Source: a virus (lineage: Duplodnaviria > Caudoviricetes). Taken from it: a DNA stretch of 64,000 nt. A program made the position numbers and the translations under genes. The DNA is taken from IMG/VR virus record IMGVR_UViG_2706795432_000001, positions 1-64,000 of that record. One strand, given 5' to 3'. Shown in pieces: positions 31,701-39,483 of the stretch. How positions within the stretch are numbered: the first letter of the stretch is position 1; each line of letters starts with the position of its first letter. The notes beneath the pieces are model-generated. The model had not been told where the DNA came from, did not search any database, and saw only the letters and a program-made list of their open reading frames with translations.

Positions 31701-33424
31701 TCATCCCGAATGAAGGAGCCAAGGATACCCGTATCATCGTTGCAGATGATGCAGACGAACTGGATCTGAAACTAAAAGGCTATGTGAAACTGAAGCCCTA
31801 CACTGGTGATCCCAGTAATGTGGTGGATCGGTCCTATTACATCACCAACACTCGTACCGCTGGTATGTATGCTCAGGGGACCATGCAGAACGTGGCCTCG
31901 ACCTATCGTGGTGTGGACGTAAACACGGGCCTCTCTCTGGGGAATGACACCACTGGTTTCATCTCTGGTGATGGTATCGTCGAACGGACCATGGAGCAGC
32001 TTCTGGACGCTGCCTACGTGCAAGAGAACCCACAGGAAGGGTTTATGCCTGTCTTCGCTGAAGACGGGACTGTGATGGGCTTTGAGCGGTCTGTGAACCG
32101 TGAGATCGCTGATGAATTCCTTGGTCGTGAAGAGAACCTTGCAATCATGATGGGTGCATGGGCTGGTCGTCAGTTGGAAGAAACCACTGCCTATCAGTAC
32201 AATGTGGCATTGATCGACGAACTGGATGCCATTTGGCAGAACCGGGAACGTGGATCCGAGAACCTCTTCGAGAACATGAAGGAAACCAAGGATCCAATCT
32301 ATGCTGAGTCGTTCAAACTGATCCCGAACAACATCAAATCCTACATCGACACCAAGTTTGATGGTCAGGGTCTGATGATTCGTAAGGATATGACGAACCT
32401 TGCTGTAGGTTATCGTGAGGCTTCTCTGGCGGATATGTGGTCTGGAAAGACTCGTATGCCCAAAGAAGTACAGAAAACCGTACAGGGTGTGACTCAGTTG
32501 TTCATGGGTCGGAATGCGATGAAGTGGGTCGTGAAGGTGGAAGATATCGGTCAAGGACTAATCTCCACTGCGAAAGACATCATTGTGATCCGGTCTCTGG
32601 TGGTTCCTGCTCTGAACATGCAAGCCAACGTGGCACAGCTTGTGACCAACGGTGTTCCTCTGAAAACTCTGAAGAAGAGTATGCAGTCGAAATTGGCTGA
32701 AGTGGAACAGTACAATAAGAACGTCACGAAAATCATTGAACTGAAAGCGAAAATTCGTCTTCAGGCTCGTAACGCTAACCAGAAAAAGATCCTCTCGGAC
32801 AAGATCAAAGCCATTGAGGATCTGAACAAGAAGATGACCATCGCTCCGATGATCGCAGCAGGTGCATACAAGCAACTGTCTGAGGGTATCACCGAATTCG
32901 ATGAGAACATCATGTCTGGGAAGCTGGGTGATTACGTGGAAGCTCAAGTCGCAAAGCTGCCTTCTGGTGTTCGAACCATCGCTGAACATGGCATCGTGTC
33001 CAAATCAACGAAGATCTACCAGATCGCAAACCGTGCAACGCAGTATGGGGATTTCTTGGCGAAGTCTATTTACTACGACCACCTGCTTTCGCAGGGACTT
33101 GCACCTGATGTGGCTGTGGCTCGTATCAACGAGGAGTTTGTGAACTTCTCCACACAGCCGGGTCGTGTCCGTTCTGCTCTGGAACGGAATGGTCTGTCTT
33201 GGTTCATGGCGTTCAAACTTCGGATCGCCAAGATTGCAATGCGTCAGATGAGGGATAACCCTGTCCGTGCATTGGCAGTGAATGCTGCCCTCGATGTGGG
33301 ATCTCCAATCGAGGACAACATTTTCTCAGTCATGGCAGAAGGGCGTCTGGATTATGCAACTGGATATGAGATGCTGTTTGCAGCACCGGAACTGAACCCG
33401 TGGGTAAACCTGCTGAGTGATTAA
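22757..33424 (+). CDS. Virion-encapsidated RNA polymerase (N4 gp50-like)
   Basis: 3555 aa; DVTSVGR (T/DxxGR), ELDGLTNG (motif A), RNSAKNPMTKVNYG (motif B), VFDGLD (motif C); no Cys seen on reading, as in N4 vRNAP. Confidence 0.97.
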   Translation: MSERDEILAAELIAQRLRDPKFQEEVAVSRNRDTGNEDELIQDMRNLNDLEIRAKYGDEGYLASMGQYYTSNEVDQINDRERTTREKWSDIATSAVMAPIRSGGNLSGIGAGFLVEKMTDGQISREQATADILSAHNTAVENVLQENLSETIQDRQRLFQIEGKLDSFDNYVEYERDLAEGANPTLAEWRMEGKNFIDSASRALNSGDVTAQLIAEGVGDMALSAPLGGAAGLVVKGLGRTALASALTTRVGRVMGRVGKAGAYASGEVALEVSGVYAETVQDVMAMENSTLLETSSIYRGLIQEGHSPSEAKAILAGMTAETAAIRQAPASVALGFLTSKFEAMPIGSFRNSGIAGGLLTMAGEGIEEAGQGISGKINQNIAVEEFANIGRRTLEGAGEEAALGAIAGIGTAGVFATPSAPRNVLSDAGKARDALLDFALDGATEYNDPLRQNIMGRDSRAQEAARAATALAVDFGTNVGRGAAAFAGDALKAGEAIGLDKAARATVDAARGATQTAVNTTAEAVNRVNTRDERAQTSKEVEEAVAAARTVDEEIQAGQVTPEVAQSVSNEGTAPTPNLSDTVGSNKIETVANIMAKVGSRAFKPTVEDKAFAAAQIKSLAGVMNSLPAKARRQVAKLVTSKAAQNVVKEAGEIDLNKEEVSPEAEVSTTVNVAKSNPANVNPEKTKKILEESGEIISPEDAKYLRVASKVAGTINNLVGNLVSIRETENIGLKADDQAEKEKIDPTARSIYVDGYVNDKGEKLRSINDFASDIIQGAQSPDGTIINQKREVVPVRSVAESFNKMVQHMNNRIGALNQSFDSNTRNSRGKLTAGKGFPFQGLRNGETFVELTSPLYHRDNPASVALAKRIAAERDATVEIYEALQAEFPEIFDGLVLPDLIELKTEENQTQQPTGIEESSTPEGGEVTSTETQTQEENDNPTAVEEETNSEEGADETGATATDETVTTEEIDSDEQALNEEEMSDEEIRDLMDTPSSWAEADRVRIQERQNRLAGAARQYVSEMMGDSLKKRIRQLRIYPESLGLGPGYAHVSEDGTKKKIYLSEAMFDENDQLTAEGRAVLLHEAAHIVDFTNSPNLISQSNYFNKTGKIMKEWNALNPDSDWAKGRMEYANSFRGSDDKQHRAEVFAVLTEFYYSKNESLLADSPEIVAEMETIYGTKTQATGTSTDSTTSEGTSSETGGTTDTTEGSTFDAGLRPNSEFLNEVYPRDENTDAPADLNEVAQVIENNGGINTVTVNKIVELAPKLTNFINKRLRQRKTQIDGKTRSIHKHILENPQGLMAVMQYKFTALADPETGEMNQNMMELATVAMVDWLTAASQSDPNRFKDTLEKQGLSFADLKSDEQARDMAIGIPPSSLKPQLARAILDMWGVKPNKKSAMVDYYGIAEGLAAEMLLGLEAEGYLEVKRIELAKVMSSDAETGDKEVQHVKTDSIILNLEKVREFQNEVRSNRQDGVANTVKEYFLGKSREMYSIGEKIPFKKRGRLSARENKAIRTMQDTPHFYNEELGNLMLEIGDENLMRILGFVEGVNEETVPNATLRRSILGKNLSIENNLADAGILTSQISRQDPVYYPVDVTSVGRHQYQGVNPQSNKFLRALVTPTWTTVDLATQEDAVWLGVAQAADLHKIEKKNHQKILSTVRDDFEARYGEAKNQVLEMLRGNEFDSDTFTASALGSETEIEPQVLAAIFTVAKMQHAKESGQTSFESSLSVELDGLTNGAANMMVNFAQGLMEASEWENFKKIGFYIGKVGQTINNYFEKEGNLDMYETVARLAQEKMVRAMTKGKMQREAVAAHRFASHFGDLKKNEKTGQFEMSRNSAKNPMTKVNYGSGVLGVGTGIADDLMMAFFEALHQNELSDIEYEGDLRADLEVLGVRLPENPAASWEPTVAEMKAFRFNVAQTIGQALTEAAKETLGNRITEVNDLLVFSTNVQAAYLNEMFEQKMLELGERLAKEGTIRRNPKTNKPVMRDIPVEEYDRVVAELESMAPIFTSDEQTLELGGFKVKIADDWPVLSAAMDDRLNQKPMLKQPDDVGVKAIPFTVIGTGDAMMMNLIFGSDGAPMDVLGVFDGLDVPVTKLQQYAPMVNQRVMETWDRDVLAMAVENFRGFLNNDLDQEALKRAFATAKDKSKKSTVTATSNEELIQQLDIRLQNNRAFKAMLKKVPVSVDQMGGSNIGFSRGEGSLGLNALNDIVRRELEGKPVQTVEEIDEVDVKNPVEETTVSAVIQGIRWSEQQKKVMDIIRPALGDTRVVFGTIDQLNVWRRENVPDDGLVMTAPAQYDPVNEILFMSNARPETILHELVHAGTFQKVLDHYNGQTNEAVTRLEDLMDDFMNIKDGGQKVREAQATIARYRQSTDPFTKAAAVNELMAYVLANAAVRKKAQTTQAQSLASIGSKVIRLMRRLLGGAPESIYDGVAFNTQMLIGTPIDDSTGDGGNGDGGGDNAGGEMTPPANNYTNYWIRLLGNYLNENTDTVTRNVRRDEQVRARASVNQIVDSFRQVGMLQNQEARMTFKAIYGVINADIQLRSQPLISMNKMFDHIIENMTPEMFGDGQEAAQEYSAVLNAFGKDNDQINSISVLLALSQTSSKFRQVLDQIPEPETGATGTRLQDTLTAVATKTMDTITARVHENGDAKQVMDMLAATIIEHDQDREWFMLQKVTSSLDAADKYVGGRMQALAEFMRRTDRETRENSRSKVKKFLIGSVTIGTNYLDKTGSDLNNQGLKNQFHMGIPVLSIVPVRELISEIVGTDRFNQKVVALQDKVNHAISGMRQAYREDLPGILANLFQEKPTKTQWKAMYNVIAQTDFVSVIDPNNIAQGMQLLADPAVRSARIRQLETELDRKLVPYVSQDAKDKAEQLANYMTGGGVGTLLVRNAYAIAKNLDGEYDASLVPVLDELISIYAIDMMDADQRQEVLDLYASDQEAMEQIITYLQGLNEEEENKPNISEMARLNAYKGFIPNEGAKDTRIIVADDADELDLKLKGYVKLKPYTGDPSNVVDRSYYITNTRTAGMYAQGTMQNVASTYRGVDVNTGLSLGNDTTGFISGDGIVERTMEQLLDAAYVQENPQEGFMPVFAEDGTVMGFERSVNREIADEFLGREENLAIMMGAWAGRQLEETTAYQYNVALIDELDAIWQNRERGSENLFENMKETKDPIYAESFKLIPNNIKSYIDTKFDGQGLMIRKDMTNLAVGYREASLADMWSGKTRMPKEVQKTVQGVTQLFMGRNAMKWVVKVEDIGQGLISTAKDIIVIRSLVVPALNMQANVAQLVTNGVPLKTLKKSMQSKLAEVEQYNKNVTKIIELKAKIRLQARNANQKKILSDKIKAIEDLNKKMTIAPMIAAGAYKQLSEGITEFDENIMSGKLGDYVEAQVAKLPSGVRTIAEHGIVSKSTKIYQIANRATQYGDFLAKSIYYDHLLSQGLAPDVAVARINEEFVNFSTQPGRVRSALERNGLSWFMAFKLRIAKIAMRQMRDNPVRALAVNAALDVGSPIEDNIFSVMAEGRLDYATGYEMLFAAPELNPWVNLLSD

Positions 33425-33430
33425 CAGGGG

Positions 33431-33453
33431 GGTCAGGGGAGCTACCCCTGACC
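33431..33453. terminator. Hairpin directly after the vRNAP stop, between convergent blocks
   Basis: GGTCAGGGG-AGCTA-CCCCTGACC perfect 9-bp stem; no clear U-tract. Confidence 0.5.
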
Positions 33454-33617
33454 AACTCAACGCCCCGCACAGGATGACAGTGGCTTGCCGTCTACGACCT
33501 ACTCTGTGATGCCGTTATGACCTCTCTATCGTCAGGTCTAGTAACGCCGGAATTTGGTAAGTACCAACCGGGTGGCCAATGACTTTCTTGGTAGCCACAC
33601 CAACAAAGTCAATTCGA

Positions 33618-33785
33618 TTAGGGATCTGTGATTGCAGCGTGAATCAGGAAGACGATAAAGACAATCACTCCGATTCCGATGAGACCCCAGAAGAAGAATG
33701 CAGCCACTGCAAAAGCAGCTACACCCAAGAGTGCAACGAGAACGATGATAGCAAGGGTCACGAAGACCCCTGCTATCGTTTTCAC
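33618..33785 (-). CDS. 55-aa hydrophobic two-TM membrane protein (not in ORF track)
   Basis: GTG 1 nt after the upstream TAA; translates as MKTIAGVFVTLAIIVLVALLGVAAFAVAAFFFWGLIGIGVIVFIVFLIHAAITDP. Confidence 0.7.
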   Translation of the reverse strand: MKTIAGVFVTLAIIVLVALLGVAAFAVAAFFFWGLIGIGVIVFIVFLIHAAITDP

Positions 33786-33786
33786 C

Positions 33787-34719
33787 TTAGTCCACATCGA
33801 AGATGCTCGACTTCTTGGTGGTTTTCACTTTCGAAGCACCACTTTTTTCGGTGGTTTCACTCTTGGTGGAGTCCGAGGATGGGGACTCCTCGTCCCCGAA
33901 AAGGTTTCCCTTTTTGGTTTTCCCTTCGGTTTCGGGCTTGGCGGTTTCTTCAGCAGTTGATTCCTCTCCCGCTTCAGTTGTTGCCTCTTGGTCGTCACCG
34001 CCTCCTGTATCAGAGTCAGAGCCACTTCCTTCGTTGCTGCTATCAGCAGACTCTTCAGGAGCATCGGCAACCTCCTCTTTCACCTTTGGCTTCGGTCCCG
34101 GCTTCTTCCGGGGACGACCGCCTTTGTTCTTCACAGGTGCAGTACCCATGATGACTTCAGCTTCGATCTCACCATCGACGACTTCGAGTTCCACCGTTGC
34201 TTCTTCAGCATTGGGAATGTTCAGAGTCTTCACGTAGGCATTGAGAGCGTTCTGAATGTCTTCTTGATCCAGCAAGATACGCATGTCTTCTGGCTCCTTC
34301 TTCAAAATGTTGACTGTTGCGATAGTATGCCCATCCATTGGGGCAACACCACCAAAGGAAAAAGTGACCAAGACGACATGCTCTTGTGAGTCGTCTGGTA
34401 TCTTTCCAGCTTCCACCATCGTATCACTGAAATACTTATCAGCGACGGACCCGACATTCATCGTGTCGAGTGTACCATTCCGGGATGCGAAGATCGTGTA
34501 GTGGATCCAGACCTTCTCTGCTCTTGGTTTGTCCCGTAGAAGTGGCTTCACATCATCTGCGAAGTTTTTCTTTTGTGTGCTTAGATGATAGTGATGCAGA
34601 TTTCTGTAAACATTCAGATTGACGGGTTTCACGTTCTTCTTACTGACGTTCACATAGGAAGGGAGTCGCACACTGTACGACTCCACAACCTCATCTGCGA
34701 GCAGATCAGCAAGGATCAA
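33787..34719 (-). CDS. RusA-like Holliday junction resolvase fused to an acidic C-terminal region with an AT-hook-like motif
   Basis: 310 aa; LDTMNV...DKYFSD...IPDDS RusA-like catalytic pattern; GGRPRKK in the C-terminal half. Confidence 0.7.
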   Translation of the reverse strand: MILADLLADEVVESYSVRLPSYVNVSKKNVKPVNLNVYRNLHHYHLSTQKKNFADDVKPLLRDKPRAEKVWIHYTIFASRNGTLDTMNVGSVADKYFSDTMVEAGKIPDDSQEHVVLVTFSFGGVAPMDGHTIATVNILKKEPEDMRILLDQEDIQNALNAYVKTLNIPNAEEATVELEVVDGEIEAEVIMGTAPVKNKGGRPRKKPGPKPKVKEEVADAPEESADSSNEGSGSDSDTGGGDDQEATTEAGEESTAEETAKPETEGKTKKGNLFGDEESPSSDSTKSETTEKSGASKVKTTKKSSIFDVD

Positions 34720-35534
34720 TCGTCAAACAACGATGCTTTTTTCTTGCCTTCGGAGGATCCACCTTCCGACTTCGACTTCCCACCAGTGAAGGCTTTGCCT
34801 TCTTTCTTCCCGGTGGATTTGTCATAGGTCTGGCCACGGTTCTTCTCCACCCACTTGTGGGCGTAGTCACCGTCCTCTTCCATCTTGTTGATGGCTTTAC
34901 CCAGATCACCATCGTTGAGGACTTCTTCGAAGTCACCACCGAGGCTCTTGATGTAGTGAGCCACTTCCGAGATGGTCACGAGACGATCTTCCGGGAAGAA
35001 CTTGATGAACTCGTTCTGATCACGGGTTTCCCCGGTTGGTTCATAGTCACCAGTGGATTCGTTCTTCTCGGTCTTGTCCACTGTCTGACGCTGGATAGCG
35101 ACTTGCAGTTTCTGACCGTGCAGTTCGACGAAACACTGGACAGCCTGTGGGACTTCAGCTTTCGCATCGAAGTCGTAGAGGCTCAGGGTCTTCTCTTCCA
35201 CGTCCATGTCACCGACCTCTTTCGAGCACAGCAGCATACACAGGGAGTTGACCTGATTGAAGCCGGGAAGGTTCTTGTCTTCACCAGTCTTCTTGTCCTT
35301 GTAGGTCACGTCACCGTTCCGGTTCGTCATCCAGATCTGGCGAGTGATTTCCAGACCATTGACCTTGAGGCACAGCGTCACGTTCCGAGCATCGGAGTTG
35401 GCCGCTTTGCCGATGAAGGCATACTTGATTTCAGCCGGATAGATATCCGTATCAAGCACACCACCGCCACCGATGTAGTCGTCTTCGACTTCAGCCTTTG
35501 CAGCGGGTTTTTTGTTAGCGAAAATGTTGCTCAT
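34716..35534 (-). CDS. ssb: Single-stranded DNA-binding protein (N4 gp45-like)
   Basis: 272 aa; synteny; acidic/aromatic tail SLFDD. Confidence 0.8.
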   Translation of the reverse strand: MSNIFANKKPAAKAEVEDDYIGGGGVLDTDIYPAEIKYAFIGKAANSDARNVTLCLKVNGLEITRQIWMTNRNGDVTYKDKKTGEDKNLPGFNQVNSLCMLLCSKEVGDMDVEEKTLSLYDFDAKAEVPQAVQCFVELHGQKLQVAIQRQTVDKTEKNESTGDYEPTGETRDQNEFIKFFPEDRLVTISEVAHYIKSLGGDFEEVLNDGDLGKAINKMEEDGDYAHKWVEKNRGQTYDKSTGKKEGKAFTGGKSKSEGGSSEGKKKASLFDD

Positions 35535-35588
35535 GTAGATTTCCTTCTTGGTTCATGAGTTGGCTTGGTCGAAACCAAAAGAACAGAG

Positions 35589-36326
35589 TTAGTCCTCGTA
35601 GTATTCGATCAATCGCTTGATGACGGGAGCGAGGCTGTTGTCGATGTACAACTCCTCTTTCTTCCACATTCCCATGGGAGAACGAATCCGATCACCCAAG
35701 GTTTTCTTCGTGGTTCGTGTCTGAAAGACGTGCTTGAAACCAAGCTCTTCATCCTCTTCAGTGATGTTCAGCATCGAGTTTGGAGACTTTTGAAGCTCTC
35801 GGATCGGTTCCTTGCTGACATTGATGACAGTGGTGAAGTAGGCTTCCAGACCTTTCTTGGCCAATGCACCCTTTACAGGGACACTGGTACGGAACATGCC
35901 AGCTTCTTCGTCAAGCTGACGGTCGAGGTGTCCCAGATAGATGAAGAAAGCATCCACTTTCGAAGACTGAGTGATCAGTCGTTTGAAGAATTGTGCATAC
36001 TGACCCCACATCTTCTGGGTGTCCCGTGCAGGAAGAACGTGGATGGTCTCGAACATATCCATCATGAAGCTGATGGTGTCGATCACCACGAAATTAAATG
36101 GGTTTTCAGCACCCAGTTCTTCCAGTTGTTCAAGCATGTCGAGGATATCCTCTGGGTCAGTGATGACCTTGTTCTTGAACTTGTTTTTGAAGGGGAGAGG
36201 TTTCCCCCCTTCGCAGTTGAGATAGAGCACGTCTGTACGGTCTCGCATCTCGTACAGGGACATAGATTTCCCTGCGCCTGACTCACCACAGATGAGCAGG
36301 CTATGTGGATTGATTTCGGTTCCCAT
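35589..36326 (-). CDS. AAA ATPase (N4 gp44-like, Sak4-like)
   Basis: 245 aa; Walker A GESGAGKS; Walker B VVIDTIS. Confidence 0.85.
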   Translation of the reverse strand: MGTEINPHSLLICGESGAGKSMSLYEMRDRTDVLYLNCEGGKPLPFKNKFKNKVITDPEDILDMLEQLEELGAENPFNFVVIDTISFMMDMFETIHVLPARDTQKMWGQYAQFFKRLITQSSKVDAFFIYLGHLDRQLDEEAGMFRTSVPVKGALAKKGLEAYFTTVINVSKEPIRELQKSPNSMLNITEEDEELGFKHVFQTRTTKKTLGDRIRSPMGMWKKEELYIDNSLAPVIKRLIEYYED

Positions 36327-36335
36327 GAGGTCTCC

Positions 36336-38495
36336 TTACTTGGTCATCTTCGAAGCCACAGACTTCAGCACGGTAGAGTAGATCTCATCCTGCTTCAGTG
36401 GGGACTCCGATTCTTTGTTGAGCTTGAGGACTTTCTTTTCGAGTTCGTCATAGCTCATACCTGCGTCTTTCAGCATCATGGCGTAGTTGAGCAGGGTGTT
36501 ATTTCTACCCCCTACCTCCATGTGGTTCAAGAACCAACGCTCCAGATTCTCCAGATTTCCAAGGTCTGCAATCTGCTGAACATACTCGCTGTTCGCCTTG
36601 GTTTTCGGGATGAATGGCAGCACATCAATCACCTGTGGACCACGGTTGATATGGACCATTGAGTTCTCGTTGGTTTGCCATTTCTTACTGCGTTGGTTTG
36701 CAGACTCATCCGACTCGAACGGAAGCCACATCAAAAAGGAGTTCATGAACTCTTTGTAATCGGCTTTGTCCAAGTGCAGATGATAATTAGCAGGCATGAT
36801 GAGCCTGAAGCGATTCTCTTCGTCTGTGTGACGTTTGGTTGTCGCTGTGATGAAGGTGTAGTCCTTCAGAAGCTCATGGACAGCATCCAGCTTGATTCCA
36901 CCGTCTACATCCACCACCAGCATGTTGAAGCCTTCGATCACCTTGTCCTCGGCCCTGTGACCACCCTCAAAGGAGTGGTTGCACCAATGAAGGTCAGGCT
37001 GTTTCAGAAGGATCTCCAGCTTCTCCAGAGGCTGTTCCTGTGACTCATAGTCATAGGCGAAGTGGTCACTGAAGCTGAACTTCAGCTTGTTGAGATCAGT
37101 CTCTTCCAGTGTGGAACCAGAGAAGAATTCCACCTGCTGCACCACGTTCTTGGTGATGACGACGTGATTGCTCACACCCCATGCCATTGCCAAGTCCATC
37201 ATCTCCTTCCGAGCAACAGTGCTCGTCGGATAGTATGGAAGATCCTCAACCAAGTCTGCATGAGTGAGGTTATCCGGGCTGGTCGCAATATACTTCGCCA
37301 ATCGAACGAAGTTCCTCTCACGCTTCAGGAGCTTCTGAAAGGAGAGACCTGATTCCTCCGAGACCTTGATGGCCTGACGGAGATGGTGGATCTCGATATC
37401 TTGGGACTCGTCCAAGAAAGCGTACACTCCAGCCAGCTTCAGGGATTTGAAGTAACGGTGTGACAGTTCAGCTTTCCGGATTTCCTCATGCTCTGGCATC
37501 TCATTGGCCATAGCCTCACACTGGAGACGATAGCTGATCAATTCGATACCCACGTCTTTGGGGACGTTCAACTCCAAGTCATAGTGACGGGGGTCTGCAA
37601 ACTTGGCGAGGAAGTTCTGCCAACGGTTGATGGTCGAAGATTGATTCTTTGACACCAAACCATTGTAGACATCTTCGGGATTCACTGCGGCGAACTTAGT
37701 CTCGCTCTTGCCCATACCGAAGAAGCACCGTCGAGCGTAACCAGTAGCAAGGAAAGAGTAGAACTCTTCCTCGATCTTGGCTCCGTCGAACAGTTTGGAA
37801 CTGGTGCCAAACATGAGAACATTGGAAGGAGTGGATCCTGCAATGTCCAAACCCCGTTCGTTGTCGGGGGTGTTCTTCACCAGCTTGGCCTTGATCTTGC
37901 CAAGGTCATAAAGTTCCAACAGGGTATTGAGAACTTCATTGTTTCCCAACAGGTTAGATCCCATCTCATCCATTTGGAAATTGATGGACCCTACACCTGC
38001 GAGGAGGAGCTTGTAGCGAAGCTGTTTCACAGCAGGACCAGTGCCTGAGTCAAAGATAAAGGGTGCATGACCCTGTTTCTTGTAGTCAGACTCCAGAAGC
38101 TCAAGCTCTTTCTGCTCGTCTCCACCTTTTGCAGCAGCGATATCCACTGCAAGGTTGAAGAGATTTTGTTCTGCCAGCGATCCGAAGGTGCTCTTCATGA
38201 ATGCTTCACGGAAGGGAGTGAGGACTTCTTCCAGCAGGTTGACAGAATGACCCTTACCGAAACCACTGGTCGCAAGACCAATGGAATAGATGTTCACAGG
38301 CAGAAGACCACGTTCAGGAGAACGGATCTTACACCTCATCGACGATGGGATCAGTCCGAGAAAATACGCCACTTCAGCCTGAAAGAAGTCCCGGTTTACA
38401 TTGCCTGTACGATGGCACAGGAGATCAACCAGTTCTTGCATTGCAGGATTGTGCGGTGTGTTTTCTATGACTTCGAGATCATAGAAGTTAGACAT
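36336..38495 (-). CDS. DNA primase (N4 gp43-like)
   Basis: 719 aa from ATG 38495 (AGGAG RBS); VVDVDGG catalytic motif; C-terminal GGRNNTL PriCT-like region. Confidence 0.8.
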   Translation of the reverse strand: MSNFYDLEVIENTPHNPAMQELVDLLCHRTGNVNRDFFQAEVAYFLGLIPSSMRCKIRSPERGLLPVNIYSIGLATSGFGKGHSVNLLEEVLTPFREAFMKSTFGSLAEQNLFNLAVDIAAAKGGDEQKELELLESDYKKQGHAPFIFDSGTGPAVKQLRYKLLLAGVGSINFQMDEMGSNLLGNNEVLNTLLELYDLGKIKAKLVKNTPDNERGLDIAGSTPSNVLMFGTSSKLFDGAKIEEEFYSFLATGYARRCFFGMGKSETKFAAVNPEDVYNGLVSKNQSSTINRWQNFLAKFADPRHYDLELNVPKDVGIELISYRLQCEAMANEMPEHEEIRKAELSHRYFKSLKLAGVYAFLDESQDIEIHHLRQAIKVSEESGLSFQKLLKRERNFVRLAKYIATSPDNLTHADLVEDLPYYPTSTVARKEMMDLAMAWGVSNHVVITKNVVQQVEFFSGSTLEETDLNKLKFSFSDHFAYDYESQEQPLEKLEILLKQPDLHWCNHSFEGGHRAEDKVIEGFNMLVVDVDGGIKLDAVHELLKDYTFITATTKRHTDEENRFRLIMPANYHLHLDKADYKEFMNSFLMWLPFESDESANQRSKKWQTNENSMVHINRGPQVIDVLPFIPKTKANSEYVQQIADLGNLENLERWFLNHMEVGGRNNTLLNYAMMLKDAGMSYDELEKKVLKLNKESESPLKQDEIYSTVLKSVASKMTK

Positions 38496-39483
38496 CGGGG
38501 AAATACTCCTTGCGCTGTTCACAAACCGAGAAAGCAGGGCAGTATTCGCAGGCTTTTACTTCGCCTTTGACGGTGACGATAGTGCCTTTACCCTTCTCTT
38601 TTTTGTGGATTTCAGCATCTGCCAGCTTGGCAAATGTCTTTTGAGCACGCCCACCCTTCTTAGCCGTCTCAGGGTTGGCGTAATACTTGTACTGGTCAGG
38701 CTGTTTCCACAGTTCTTCATCAGTACAGCGAACCATTTTCTCTTGGTTTTTCGTGTGCTTGGCGTTCTTCTTGATGTCAGCCAGCTTGTCGAGGATCCAA
38801 TCTTCTGTCTCTTGGTGAGACATTAAGGGAAACTCTTTGTGAGCCACCTTCGCTTGAGGATAGTTCGGATCACCTTTGGCTCGATACTTCTGCCAGTCGG
38901 TGAAGATGAACTCGATCCGCATGGTATCCTGCCAGATCAGTTCCGGCATGATGTAACGGTACATCGACCCCTGAAGGATGTAGTCCTTGTCCTTCGAACC
39001 ACTGGTGTAGCTGAAGGTCGAGGTGGTTTTCACATCACGGTATGCACCATTGATGGCGAAATCCAATTGGCCGGTGAGAACAATACCCCCGATTTCCTTG
39101 AATCGGCGCTGCTCCAAGAAGATGGGAATATCGTTCCCACCGACCTCAGAGGGATCTGGATTAATCTTGACACGATCAATCACTGATTGGGGATAATGGA
39201 GACGCCGCATCGCCCCCTGCCAATCGCCCTCTGTCCATGCTCGCTCAATGGAATCATGGAGACCATGACCCACCCGCGAGGCAATCAAGTCAGATACATC
39301 CATGACCTCTTGGCTCTGGTCTACCTGACGTTCCAGAATGAGCCGACGAGTCGGCTTCATCAGTGTGGTGACGCTGATCAACTCACCTTCAGGTGCGATG
39401 TCTGCCCCTGAGTAATAGCCCTGCTGGAGAAGCCAGACTGCAATGGGCAGGTCGATCTGATGTTGGTTGGTCAGCTTTTTCAT
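38488..39483 (-). CDS. PD-(D/E)xK, Cas4-like exonuclease (N4 gp42-like)
   Basis: 331 aa; GQLDF...YRDVKTT; C-terminal RC...CEYC...C cysteine cluster. Confidence 0.8.
   Translation of the reverse strand: MKKLTNQHQIDLPIAVWLLQQGYYSGADIAPEGELISVTTLMKPTRRLILERQVDQSQEVMDVSDLIASRVGHGLHDSIERAWTEGDWQGAMRRLHYPQSVIDRVKINPDPSEVGGNDIPIFLEQRRFKEIGGIVLTGQLDFAINGAYRDVKTTSTFSYTSGSKDKDYILQGSMYRYIMPELIWQDTMRIEFIFTDWQKYRAKGDPNYPQAKVAHKEFPLMSHQETEDWILDKLADIKKNAKHTKNQEKMVRCTDEELWKQPDQYKYYANPETAKKGGRAQKTFAKLADAEIHKKEKGKGTIVTVKGEVKACEYCPAFSVCEQRKEYFPDV

Noticed and set aside
33500-33600. Hammerhead-like CUGACGA and GAAA on the minus strand
   Set aside because: Stem II cannot be formed in the required register
38488-39483. 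Cas4-like nuclease as evidence of a CRISPR system
   Set aside because: Core N4 replication gene; no array or other cas genes seen
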